Source: Pedosphaera sp. (GTDB taxonomy: Bacteria > Verrucomicrobiota > Verrucomicrobiia > Limisphaerales > SIBH01). From it: a DNA stretch of 36,841 bases. Numbering within the stretch: position 1 is the first letter of the stretch; each line of letters starts with the position of its first letter. The notes beneath the pieces were generated by a model, which was given only the letters and a program-made list of their open reading frames with translations, was not told where the DNA came from and searched no databases. A program made the position numbers and the translations under genes. Where the stretch lies: NCBI GenBank assembly GCA_031414955.1, contig JANOQV010000266.1, positions 1 through 36,841 of the forward strand, written 5' to 3'. Shown here one piece after another: positions 18,476-26,622 of the stretch.

Positions 18476-19405
18476 ATGGAAAAAGTCGTCATCATTGGCA
18501 CGGGCTGCGCGGGATTGACCGCCGCCCTTTACACCGCGCGCGCGCAACTCGCCCCGCTCGTTCTCACCGGCATCATGCCCGGCGGTCTGCTCACCACGAC
18601 CAGCATCGTGGAGAATTTCCCCGGCTTCCCCGAAGGCATCGATGGCTACGAGCTGATGACGCGGATGCAGAAGCAGGCCGAGCGCTTCGGCGCGAAGGTC
18701 AAGTTCGCCACTGTGGAGTCCGTGGATTTGTCCAAGCGTCCCTTCAGCCTCGTGGTCGATGGTGAGCCGGTGCAGGCGGAGACGATCATCATCGCCAGCG
18801 GCGCGGGCCACAAACATCTCGGCGTGCCGGGCGAGGATGAGCTGGAGAAAAAGGGCGTGACCTACTGCGCAACTTGCGACGGCGCGTTGCCGATGTTCCG
18901 CCAGAAGCCCCTGGTCGTGGTGGGTGGCGGTGACTCGGCCTGCGAGGAGGCCACTTATCTCACGCGCTTCGGCTCCGAAGTTTATTTGATCCATCGCCGC
19001 GACTCGTTGCGCGCCTCGCGCGTGATGGCGGATCGCACCCTGGCCAATCCGAAGATCAAACCCGTCTGGGACACGGTCGTGACCGAAGTGCTGGACGTGA
19101 AGCAGGGCAAGGTCACCGGCGTGCGCCTCAAGAATCTCAAGACCAACGTCGAGAGCGCGCTCGAATGCGCCGGCGTCTTCGCGGCCATCGGCCACATCCC
19201 GAACACGCAGCTCTTCCGGGGCGTGATCGACATGGACGACGCGGGCTACATCCAGCGCCGCAACGGCTCGGAGACCAACGTGACCGGCGTGTTCGTGGCC
19301 GGCGATTGCTCGGACCGGGTCTATCGCCAGGCCATCACGGCGGCCGGCATGGGCTGCGCGGCGGCCATTGATTGCGAGCGGTTCCTCAGCGCGCAAAATC
19401 AGTAA
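18476..19405 (+). CDS. trxB: Thioredoxin-disulfide reductase
   Basis: VVIIGTGCAGLTAALY, VENFPGFP, redox motif CATC (CATCDG), GGGDSACEEA, IHRRD, GVFVAGD..YRQAITAAGMGC. Confidence 0.95.
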   Translation: MEKVVIIGTGCAGLTAALYTARAQLAPLVLTGIMPGGLLTTTSIVENFPGFPEGIDGYELMTRMQKQAERFGAKVKFATVESVDLSKRPFSLVVDGEPVQAETIIIASGAGHKHLGVPGEDELEKKGVTYCATCDGALPMFRQKPLVVVGGGDSACEEATYLTRFGSEVYLIHRRDSLRASRVMADRTLANPKIKPVWDTVVTEVLDVKQGKVTGVRLKNLKTNVESALECAGVFAAIGHIPNTQLFRGVIDMDDAGYIQRRNGSETNVTGVFVAGDCSDRVYRQAITAAGMGCAAAIDCERFLSAQNQ

Positions 19406-19677
19406 TGGCTACGCCGCTTCAACTGACGCCAGAGCAACGCCAGGCTTTCGCCGATGCGTTGTATGCGGGACGGAGGATTGAGGCGATCAAGCAACTGCGC
19501 GAGTTGAGCGGGCTGGGCCTCAAAGAATCGAAGGACATCATCGACAAGTTTGCGGCCGAGCTGCGCACGGTGCATCCCAAACGCTTCACGGCCAGAAACT
19601 CGAAGGGCGGTTGTGCCGTGGTTCTGTTGATCATCCTGGTGGTGACCGGCGTGCTGATCTTTTCCCTCTGGCGATGA
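19405..19677 (+). CDS. Ribosomal L7/L12 C-terminal-like domain protein with C-terminal TM helix
   Basis: GRRIEAIKQLRELSGLGLKESKDIID motif and a hydrophobic tail. The ATG overlaps the trxB stop (TAATG). Confidence 0.8.
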   Translation: MATPLQLTPEQRQAFADALYAGRRIEAIKQLRELSGLGLKESKDIIDKFAAELRTVHPKRFTARNSKGGCAVVLLIILVVTGVLIFSLWR

Positions 19678-19988
19678 CTCCTTCCGAACTGGCGGCCAAA
19701 CTCCGTGCGCCGCAGCCGCCGCGCCTGCTTGACGTGCGCCAACCGGAAGAACACGCCTTTGTGGCGCTGCCTGGCTCCACGTTGATTCCGCTGGGTGAAT
19801 TGGCTGGCCGCGTGGAGGAGATCGAGGCGTGGAAGGATGACGAAGTGGTGGTCTATTGCCATCACGGCATCCGCAGCGCGCAAGCGGTGGCCCTGTTGCG
19901 CGGCGCAGGCTTCGCCAATGTCCACAACCTGGCCGGCGGCATGGACCGCTGGACGGACGAGGTGGAGCCCAGTTTGCCGCGTTACTGA
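19674..19988 (+). CDS. Single-domain rhodanese-like sulfurtransferase
   Basis: LLDVRQPEE, VVYCHHGIRS, NLAGGMDRW; ATGA overlap with the upstream gene. Confidence 0.9.
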   Translation: MTPSELAAKLRAPQPPRLLDVRQPEEHAFVALPGSTLIPLGELAGRVEEIEAWKDDEVVVYCHHGIRSAQAVALLRGAGFANVHNLAGGMDRWTDEVEPSLPRY

Positions 19989-20136
19989 ACACCGGAGACT
20001 TCCCACCCAGTTCACGCCTCACCCCGGCGCGCTGAGGACAGCGACGCCCCACCTGTTGTTTTCGGCTACAAAGGCGCACTCCTTGCGGCGATGATTGCAG
20101 TTGCACTGCCGCTGGCGCGCTGAATGATTTGCCCCG

Positions 20137-21510
20137 ATGTCACGCAAGACTTCCTTGAAACGCCTGGCCGCACTGCTGCGACCGGGGGAACTCCGCACCG
20201 AGCCGACGCTCTGTGCAAAATATGCCGGCGACAAATGGTTCGCCACCGCTTTGCCCGTGGCCGTGGCGCTGCCGCGCGACACGCGCGCGGTCTCCACGAT
20301 TCTGCGTTTCGCCCACCAGAATCGTATTCCGGTCACGGCGCGCGGGGCGGGCCACGGCTACGTGGGCGGGTGCGTGCCGGTGCGCGGCGGCATTGTGCTC
20401 TCGCTCGAACGGCTGAACCGGCTCAAGGAGATCAACGCAACGGACTTCGTGGCCGTGGTGCAGCCGCAGGTGCTGACCAAGACGCTTCAGGACGCCGTGG
20501 AGGGTAGGGGACTCTTCTACCCGCCCGATCCGGCGAGCCGCGCCGATTGCAGTCTGGGCGGCAACATCGCCACCAACGCCGGCGGGCCGCGCTGCTTGAA
20601 ATACGGCGTGACCCGCGACTACGTGCTCGGCCTGGAAGTGGTTCTGGCCGATGGCACCATCGCGCGGCTCGGCAGCCGCACGCACAAGAACAAATCCGGA
20701 TTTGATCTGTGGCGCTTCTTCGTCGGCTCGGAGGGAATGCTCGGCGTCATCACGGAGGCGACCTTGAAGCTGCTCCCTCTCCCGCCCTATCGCGCCGCGC
20801 TGGCGCTGGGTTTTGATTCGATGGGCGAGGCCACGACGGCGATCCGACAAGTCTTCGCCGCCGGTTTTCTGCCGTGCGCGCTGGAGATTGCCGACTCGTT
20901 CACCCTGGCGGCGGCGCACCAGCGCACCGGCAGCCAGCGCCTCCTCGGCTGCCATGCGCTCATCATCCTGGAACTGGACGGGCAGCCCGCCTCGGTGCGC
21001 GGGGAGATTCGCACGCTGGAGAAAATCCTGCGCGCCGTGGGGCCGCTCTGGATTGACCGCGCCCTCGGGGCTGAGGCTTGCGAGAAGCTGTGGCAACTGC
21101 GGCGCGAGTTCTCCTACTCGTTGCGCGACACCGGGCTGACCAAGCTCAACGAAGACATCGTGGTGCCGCGCGGGCGGTTGGAGGAGTTGTTCGACTTCGC
21201 GGCGCGGTTGCAGAAGAAACACCGGCTGCCTATCGCCTGCTTCGGTCACGCCGGCGACGGGAACATCCATGTGAACGTGATGGTGGACTACGAACAGCCG
21301 GGCGCGAAGGCGCGAAGTGAGGCCGCGCTCGATGAACTCTTTCGCGGCGTCCTCCGGCTGGGTGGCGTCATCACCGGCGAGCACGGCATCGGGCTGGCCA
21401 AGAAGCGTTGGTGGCCGCTGGCGGCGGACGAGGAGGTGCGCGGCCTGCACCGGACCATCAAGCGCGCCCTCGATCCGCGCGGCATTCTTAATCCGGGGAA
21501 GTTCATCTGA
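20137..21510 (+). CDS. FAD-linked oxidase, GlcD / D-2-hydroxyacid dehydrogenase family
   Basis: RGAGHG, YPPDPAS, GGNIATNAGG, GSEGMLGVIT, FGHAGDGNIH, ITGEHGIG, DPRGILNPGK. Confidence 0.9.
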   Translation: MSRKTSLKRLAALLRPGELRTEPTLCAKYAGDKWFATALPVAVALPRDTRAVSTILRFAHQNRIPVTARGAGHGYVGGCVPVRGGIVLSLERLNRLKEINATDFVAVVQPQVLTKTLQDAVEGRGLFYPPDPASRADCSLGGNIATNAGGPRCLKYGVTRDYVLGLEVVLADGTIARLGSRTHKNKSGFDLWRFFVGSEGMLGVITEATLKLLPLPPYRAALALGFDSMGEATTAIRQVFAAGFLPCALEIADSFTLAAAHQRTGSQRLLGCHALIILELDGQPASVRGEIRTLEKILRAVGPLWIDRALGAEACEKLWQLRREFSYSLRDTGLTKLNEDIVVPRGRLEELFDFAARLQKKHRLPIACFGHAGDGNIHVNVMVDYEQPGAKARSEAALDELFRGVLRLGGVITGEHGIGLAKKRWWPLAADEEVRGLHRTIKRALDPRGILNPGKFI

Positions 21511-21687
21511 GAGCCGGTCTGAAAATTTGGAGGCGGAGTGCGCCCGTCCTCGGGCGCAGCCACATGATGACTTGGAGCGCGTCGGAAAAACCCATACCCG
21601 CTGATGTTCGCACGTTGCTGCGCCCGGGGACGGGCGCACTCCGTGGCTGGCAGCCTTCGCTGCACCAGTGGCTTTTCAGACAGGCTC
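21511..21687. mobile_element. MITE/REPIN-like element, copy 1
   Basis: Terminal inverted repeats gagccggtctgaaaa / ttttcagacaggctc (14/15). Internal inverted pair cggagtgcgcccgtcctcgggcgcagc / gctgcgcccgggacgggcgcactccg. Flanks are TGA...TAA. A homologous inverted copy lies at 30828-30998. Confidence 0.8.
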
Positions 21688-21706
21688 TAAGCTTCCTCCT
21701 CGCCTG

Positions 21707-21739
21707 AAAAGAGGAACGCCGGGCTTGGCCCGGCGTTCC
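21707..21739 (-). terminator. Rho-independent terminator of the Gfo/Idh/MocA gene
   Basis: Perfect 12-bp stem ggaacgccgggc/gcccggcgttcc followed by tctttt on the minus strand, just past the stop. Confidence 0.75.
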
Positions 21740-21766
21740 CGATAAGTTTAATGCCCAACGGCGGAC

Positions 21767-23146
21767 TCACGCCACCGTCGGCGGCGCGAAGCCCTCGCGG
21801 TAGTTGCGCGAGAGGATTTGCTGGTTCGCCTTCTCGCTGTTCGTGAAGCGGAAGTTCGCGGCGTCCCAGCGCAGTTCAACACCGGGGAAGCGCGTGGCCT
21901 TCACCGCCAGCAGCGCCGGCTCGGTGATGCGCCAGCCGATGGTGAGCGGCGTCCACAGATGTTTCTTCGCGCCGAGGCAGTTGTCCGCCCAGTCCTTCCA
22001 GTGGTTGTGCGGAGTGGTTTCCGGCATCGGTTCATCTTCCACTTCCTTGCCCTTGCGGAAGATCTGGGGCAGGCCGTCGGCCTGCAGCAGCAGCGTGCCT
22101 TCTTCGCACACCACCATGGTGTGGTTGGCTCCGGGCTTGATCGGCGGCAGGCCGAGTGCGGCGAAGGACGGCACCAAGGCGTCGTCGTTGTACTGCACCA
22201 CGAATTTTTCCCGGGCGAACTTGCCGCCCCCCGCGTAGGTGATGGTGCTCTGGTTGTGCGAGGTGTGGCCGGTGGTGGACGGCTTGGCTGTGTGCGTGAT
22301 GACGGCTTCGGGCGCAGGCATGTCGTAGGCGAAGTAGAGCAAATCCAGCAGGTGGCAGCCCCAGTCGGCGAGCTGGCCGCCGCCCGTTTCCCAGAATGCG
22401 CGCCAACGACGCGGCGCGAGATCTTCGCTATAGGGAATCTCGGCGGTGAGCGGTCCGCGCCACAAATCCCAATTCATGTATTCCGGCACGGGCTGGGCCG
22501 GGGTGTACGGACTCAAAGGATCGGCGAAGTAGTGGCCCTTCGAAACGCCGCCCGTCCAGACGTAGGCCGCGACGGGCCGGCCGAGCTGGTTTTTGCGCAG
22601 GATTTCCACGGCCATCATGCGGCCGCGGTTGCACGAACGTTGATTGCCCATCTGCGTCACCGAGTCAGGCCGCGCCGCGAGGCCGTCGCGGACCATTTTA
22701 AGTTCGGCGAGCTGATGCACGAGCGGCTTCTGGGCATAGACGTGTTTCTTGTGCTTCAACGCATTCATCATGGCCGGGGCATGGTGGAAGTCGGGAATGT
22801 CCACGATCACCGCGTCGAAATCGGCGACCTTGTTGGCGAAGGCCTCGCGATAGTCGCTCATCGTCCAGGCATTGGGCTGCTCCTTCTTGATTTTGTCGAT
22901 CTCACGGCGGTCCACGTCGCAGAAGCCGGCCCACTCGACTTGCGGGTGGCCTTTCAAACCGCCGCGCTGGAGGCTGCCGATGCCGCCCACGCCGATTTGG
23001 AAGATGCGCAACTTGCTGTTTTTGTTCACCTGGGCGCGCGCGGGCAGGGACAGGGACGCGATGCCGGCGGTGACGATGGCGCCGGTCTTGAGAAAACTCC
23101 GCCGGGTGACCGGGGAGAATGAAGCTGTGTGTTGTTTGGTTTTCAT
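21767..23146 (-). CDS. Tat-exported Gfo/Idh/MocA-family oxidoreductase
   Basis: Twin-arginine signal TRRSFLK, IGVGGIG, PDFHHA, HVYAQKP, QMGNQ, WDLWRGP, GGGQLADWGCHLLD. Confidence 0.9.
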   Translation of the reverse strand: MKTKQHTASFSPVTRRSFLKTGAIVTAGIASLSLPARAQVNKNSKLRIFQIGVGGIGSLQRGGLKGHPQVEWAGFCDVDRREIDKIKKEQPNAWTMSDYREAFANKVADFDAVIVDIPDFHHAPAMMNALKHKKHVYAQKPLVHQLAELKMVRDGLAARPDSVTQMGNQRSCNRGRMMAVEILRKNQLGRPVAAYVWTGGVSKGHYFADPLSPYTPAQPVPEYMNWDLWRGPLTAEIPYSEDLAPRRWRAFWETGGGQLADWGCHLLDLLYFAYDMPAPEAVITHTAKPSTTGHTSHNQSTITYAGGGKFAREKFVVQYNDDALVPSFAALGLPPIKPGANHTMVVCEEGTLLLQADGLPQIFRKGKEVEDEPMPETTPHNHWKDWADNCLGAKKHLWTPLTIGWRITEPALLAVKATRFPGVELRWDAANFRFTNSEKANQQILSRNYREGFAPPTVA

Positions 23147-23366
23147 AATGGCTCGGGCGCATTCACGCATGGAAGGCCGGGCGGCTCAAGCAAAGGATTA
23201 TGCCTGGACCTCGGAAGTGGGAATCTCGAAGGAGCCACCGTGCTGAGGGCAGGCCGGTGAGGGAAGTCTCGTCTCGACTGGAGAGCAGGAGGGAGGCGGG
23301 AATGTGCCGTCCCCAACTCCGACGATGGCCAGGAACACCTGGACGCTCCGCAGACTCCATCTTTGT

Positions 23367-23396
23367 TTGACGGTTCGCGCGGAATCTCAATATCTT
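23367..23396 (+). promoter_or_regulatory. Putative sigma70-type promoter of the dehydrogenase-NRPS operon
   Basis: TTGACG - 18 bp - TATCTT, about 50 nt before the ATG at 23449. Motif match only. Confidence 0.45.
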
Positions 23397-23448
23397 GGCC
23401 CTTCGCGCAGAACATGGCGCAGACGTGATCGGATTCGCTCAAACCAAG

Positions 23449-24666
23449 ATGCACAAAGAAAAATTGAAACCGAAGATCAAGACCCAAACCGGCGCGGTGC
23501 AGTGGAGCCAATATGTCCGCGAGACCAAACCTTCGGCGCGCAAAGGTGAACTGCTCGTCGGCGTGCTGCGCGGCGAAGGCATCGGGCCGGAAGTCACCGC
23601 CAGCGCCCTTCAAGTCCTGGCCGCGCTGGAATCGGTCACGGACATCCGCTTCAAGCTGGAGTACGGCGCGCCCATCGGCCGGGATGCCGAGCGCGGCGGC
23701 AAAAGCGTGTTGCCGGAGGAAGTGATCGCCTTCTGCGGAGACATCTTCGGCCGGGGTGGCGCCGTGCTGAACGGTCCCGGTGGCGGACGTTACGTCTATG
23801 ACCTGCGCCGTGCCTTCGACCTCTACTGCAAGCTCAGTCCCATCAAGGTCGCGCCGGAACTGGCCAAGGCCAATCACCTCAAGCCCGAACACGTCCAGGG
23901 TGTGGACATCCTGATGGTGCGCGAAAACTCCTCGGGCATTTATCAGGGCGTGTGGAAGGTCGGGAAATCCAAAAAATCCGGCCGCACGGCGGACCATTAC
24001 TTCTCCTATAACGAGGCCGAAGTGAACCGCATCCTCCGCCCGGCGGCGGAAATCGCCCGCACCCGGCGCAAGGAACTGACCGTGGTCTATAAGGAAGCCG
24101 GCATTCCGGCCATCAGCGAGCTGTGGCGCGATTGCGCCCTGGAAATGTGCAAAGCCCACGGCGTGCGCTGCATCCTGCTCGACATCGATCACATCTCCTA
24201 CCGCATCATCCAGCACCCGCGTGAATTCGACGTGGTCGTGGCCCCAAACCTCTTCGGCGACGTGCTCTCCGATCTCGGCGGCGCGCTGCTCGGCTCGCGC
24301 GGCCTGTGCTACGCCGGCAGTTTCGGCGGCAAGGGCGAGGCGGTTTATTCCACCAATCATGGCGCAGCCTACGATCTGGCGCGGAGAAATCTGGCCAACC
24401 CTGTCGCCCACATCAGCTCCATGGCCATGATGCTCCGGCAGAGCTTTGGCTTCGATCAGGAAGCCGCCTTGATCGAACAGGCCATTCCGGCCGTCTGGCT
24501 GGATGGTTGGCGCACGCCGGACCTCGTCGAACCTGGATGCAAGGTGATCGGCACGAACGAGATGGCCCAGCGCATCGCCGACAAAGTTCAGGTGCTCGGT
24601 GGCGCGAAATCATCTCCCCGAAGCCGGTCGAAAGCCCAGGCGACCCGGCCTCGCGCCGCCCGCTGA
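23449..24666 (+). CDS. Isocitrate/isopropylmalate (beta-decarboxylating) dehydrogenase family protein, atypical
   Basis: GEGIGPEV, VRENSSGIY, FDVVVAPNLFGDVLSD, HGAAYDLA..NLANP, GWRTPDL. Confidence 0.9.
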   Translation: MHKEKLKPKIKTQTGAVQWSQYVRETKPSARKGELLVGVLRGEGIGPEVTASALQVLAALESVTDIRFKLEYGAPIGRDAERGGKSVLPEEVIAFCGDIFGRGGAVLNGPGGGRYVYDLRRAFDLYCKLSPIKVAPELAKANHLKPEHVQGVDILMVRENSSGIYQGVWKVGKSKKSGRTADHYFSYNEAEVNRILRPAAEIARTRRKELTVVYKEAGIPAISELWRDCALEMCKAHGVRCILLDIDHISYRIIQHPREFDVVVAPNLFGDVLSDLGGALLGSRGLCYAGSFGGKGEAVYSTNHGAAYDLARRNLANPVAHISSMAMMLRQSFGFDQEAALIEQAIPAVWLDGWRTPDLVEPGCKVIGTNEMAQRIADKVQVLGGAKSSPRSRSKAQATRPRAAR

Positions 24667-24684
24667 CGGCTCAATCGCCGCGCC

Positions 24685-26622
24685 ATGAACCGCGCCGCCG
24701 CGTCGCCGTCCCGGCCGCTTCTCCTGCTGGTCGATCTGCAACGGGATTATCTCGGCACGCGCGGACTCGAGCCCGCCGCTGGAGCCATCGTCGAAAGGGC
24801 GGCGGCGTTATTGCGCGGTTGCCGTGCCGCCGGCATCCCCGTCGCCCACGTCTGGACCACCGTCTCCCGCGAGGACGATCGGCGCATGCCGCACTGGCAG
24901 CGCGACGAGCGCTGGATCTGCGTGGAGGGAACCGCCGGCCATGAGCCGCCCCCTGCGCTCCGGCCCGAGGGTGCCGAGGCGATCATTCACAAGCGATTCT
25001 TCAACGGCTTCGGCGACGGCTCGTTAGAACTGCTCCTGACCTGGCACGGCATCGACACTCTGATCATCGCCGGCATCCATCTGCACGCTTGCGTGCGCGA
25101 AACAGTCCTCGCCGCGTACGAGCTTGGTTTCAAAGTGTGGGTGGCGGACGACGCGGTGGGCAGCGACGACCCGGTCCACGCCGCCATCACGCGCCGTTAC
25201 TTGGCCGGTCGCGCGGCCCGATTCGCCCCTGGAGCGGAACTGCTGAAACAGTTTGCTCCCAGCCAGCCGGCCCTGGCCGTGGCCACGACCGAGGACGACG
25301 CAGCGGCCGAAGTTGCCGGAGCGACCACCAAAGCTCGCGCCGCCTGGCCCGCTTGGACGGTGAGCCGGCCGGAGATGCGCCGGCAAATGCTGGAACGACT
25401 GGCGGAGATTCTGGAGCAGCGAGCGCAGCCCTTCGCCGACCAGATGGCGCGAGAGATCGGCAAGCCGGTCGCCTTCGGCCAGGTCGAAGTGGAACGCACC
25501 GCCGGCATGATGCGCGAGATTGCCCGCAACGATCTCGCGGTGCAGGAAGCGGCCTCGGGCAACGGCTGGCGCCGTTGCGCCCTCGGCGTGGTCGCCATCA
25601 TCACACCCTGGAACAATCCCTTCCTCATCCCGCTGGGTAAAATTGCCGCCGCCGTGCTCTACGGCAACACGGTGGTCTGGAAACCGGCCCCCGCCGCCGC
25701 GTCGCTCGCGGATACGTTGATGAAGTGCCTGCGCGAAGCGGGCTGGCCGGAAGGCGTGATTGAACTCGTGCCGGGCGGCATCGCCCACGCGGTCGCACTC
25801 ATGAACGATCCGCGCGTGGATGCGGTGACGCTCACGGGCGGGCTGCTCGCCGGCTACGCCGCGCAGGAGATTTGCGCCCGCCGCCATATTCCGTTGCAGG
25901 CCGAGTTGGGGGGCAACAACGCTGCGATCATCTGGCCGGACTGTGACCTTGATGATGCCGCCGCGCGCGTGGCCGACGGAGCTTTCGCGCAGGCCGGACA
26001 GCGCTGCACCGCCAACCGCCGCGTGATTGTTCATCAGGATTGCGCCGAGGAATTCCTGAAACGGCTCGTCCCTGCCACGGCCGCGCTCCCCTGGGGAAAT
26101 CCGCTGGAGCGCTCCACGCGCATTGGCCCGCTCGTCAGCGCACGGCAGCGCGAGAGCATGGCAGCGTTCATCGCCCGCGCGGGACAAGCGGGCGCGAAAG
26201 TCATCGTCCCCCACGGCGCTCGTGAATTCTCCGGGTTTCCCCTCGCCTCCACCATGCACGCGCCCACCATTGTCTGTTGCGATGATCCCGCGATGGAAAT
26301 CGTGCAGGAAGAATCCTTCGGCCCGGTGCTGGTGGTGCAGAAGGCTGAGGACTGGGCGCAGGCCATCGCACTTTGTAACGGCGTGCGGCAAGGACTGGTC
26401 GCCGCGCTGTTCACGCGCTCGGCGGAATTGCCGCAACGCTTCCTTGGCGAGGCGCAGGCCGGTGTTCTGAAAATCAACCAGGCCACCGCCGACGTCACCA
26501 CGCAGTTGCCCTTCGGCGGATGGAAGGCCTCGGGCGTGGGACCGCCCGAGCACGGTCTGGCCGATCAGGAATTCTTCACCCGCATTCAGACCATCTACCG
26601 CCCGGCCCCGCCGCACTCATGA
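24685..26622 (+). CDS. Fusion of an isochorismatase-family cysteine hydrolase and an aldehyde dehydrogenase
   Basis: N-terminal LLLVDLQ, HKRFFNGF, GIHLHACV (D-K-C triad). C-terminal ITPWN, WKP, ELGGNN, AGQRCTA, EESFGP, PFGGWKASG. Confidence 0.9.
   Translation: MNRAAASPSRPLLLLVDLQRDYLGTRGLEPAAGAIVERAAALLRGCRAAGIPVAHVWTTVSREDDRRMPHWQRDERWICVEGTAGHEPPPALRPEGAEAIIHKRFFNGFGDGSLELLLTWHGIDTLIIAGIHLHACVRETVLAAYELGFKVWVADDAVGSDDPVHAAITRRYLAGRAARFAPGAELLKQFAPSQPALAVATTEDDAAAEVAGATTKARAAWPAWTVSRPEMRRQMLERLAEILEQRAQPFADQMAREIGKPVAFGQVEVERTAGMMREIARNDLAVQEAASGNGWRRCALGVVAIITPWNNPFLIPLGKIAAAVLYGNTVVWKPAPAAASLADTLMKCLREAGWPEGVIELVPGGIAHAVALMNDPRVDAVTLTGGLLAGYAAQEICARRHIPLQAELGGNNAAIIWPDCDLDDAAARVADGAFAQAGQRCTANRRVIVHQDCAEEFLKRLVPATAALPWGNPLERSTRIGPLVSARQRESMAAFIARAGQAGAKVIVPHGAREFSGFPLASTMHAPTIVCCDDPAMEIVQEESFGPVLVVQKAEDWAQAIALCNGVRQGLVAALFTRSAELPQRFLGEAQAGVLKINQATADVTTQLPFGGWKASGVGPPEHGLADQEFFTRIQTIYRPAPPHS

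Noticed and set aside
19405..19677. Calling this gene rplL
   Set aside because: It lacks the L7/L12 N-terminal dimerisation domain and hinge, has a TM tail, and is not in an rplJ/rpoB context.
23449..24666. Calling this gene leuB
   Set aside because: Key substrate residues differ and there are no leu genes nearby, so only the family is assigned.
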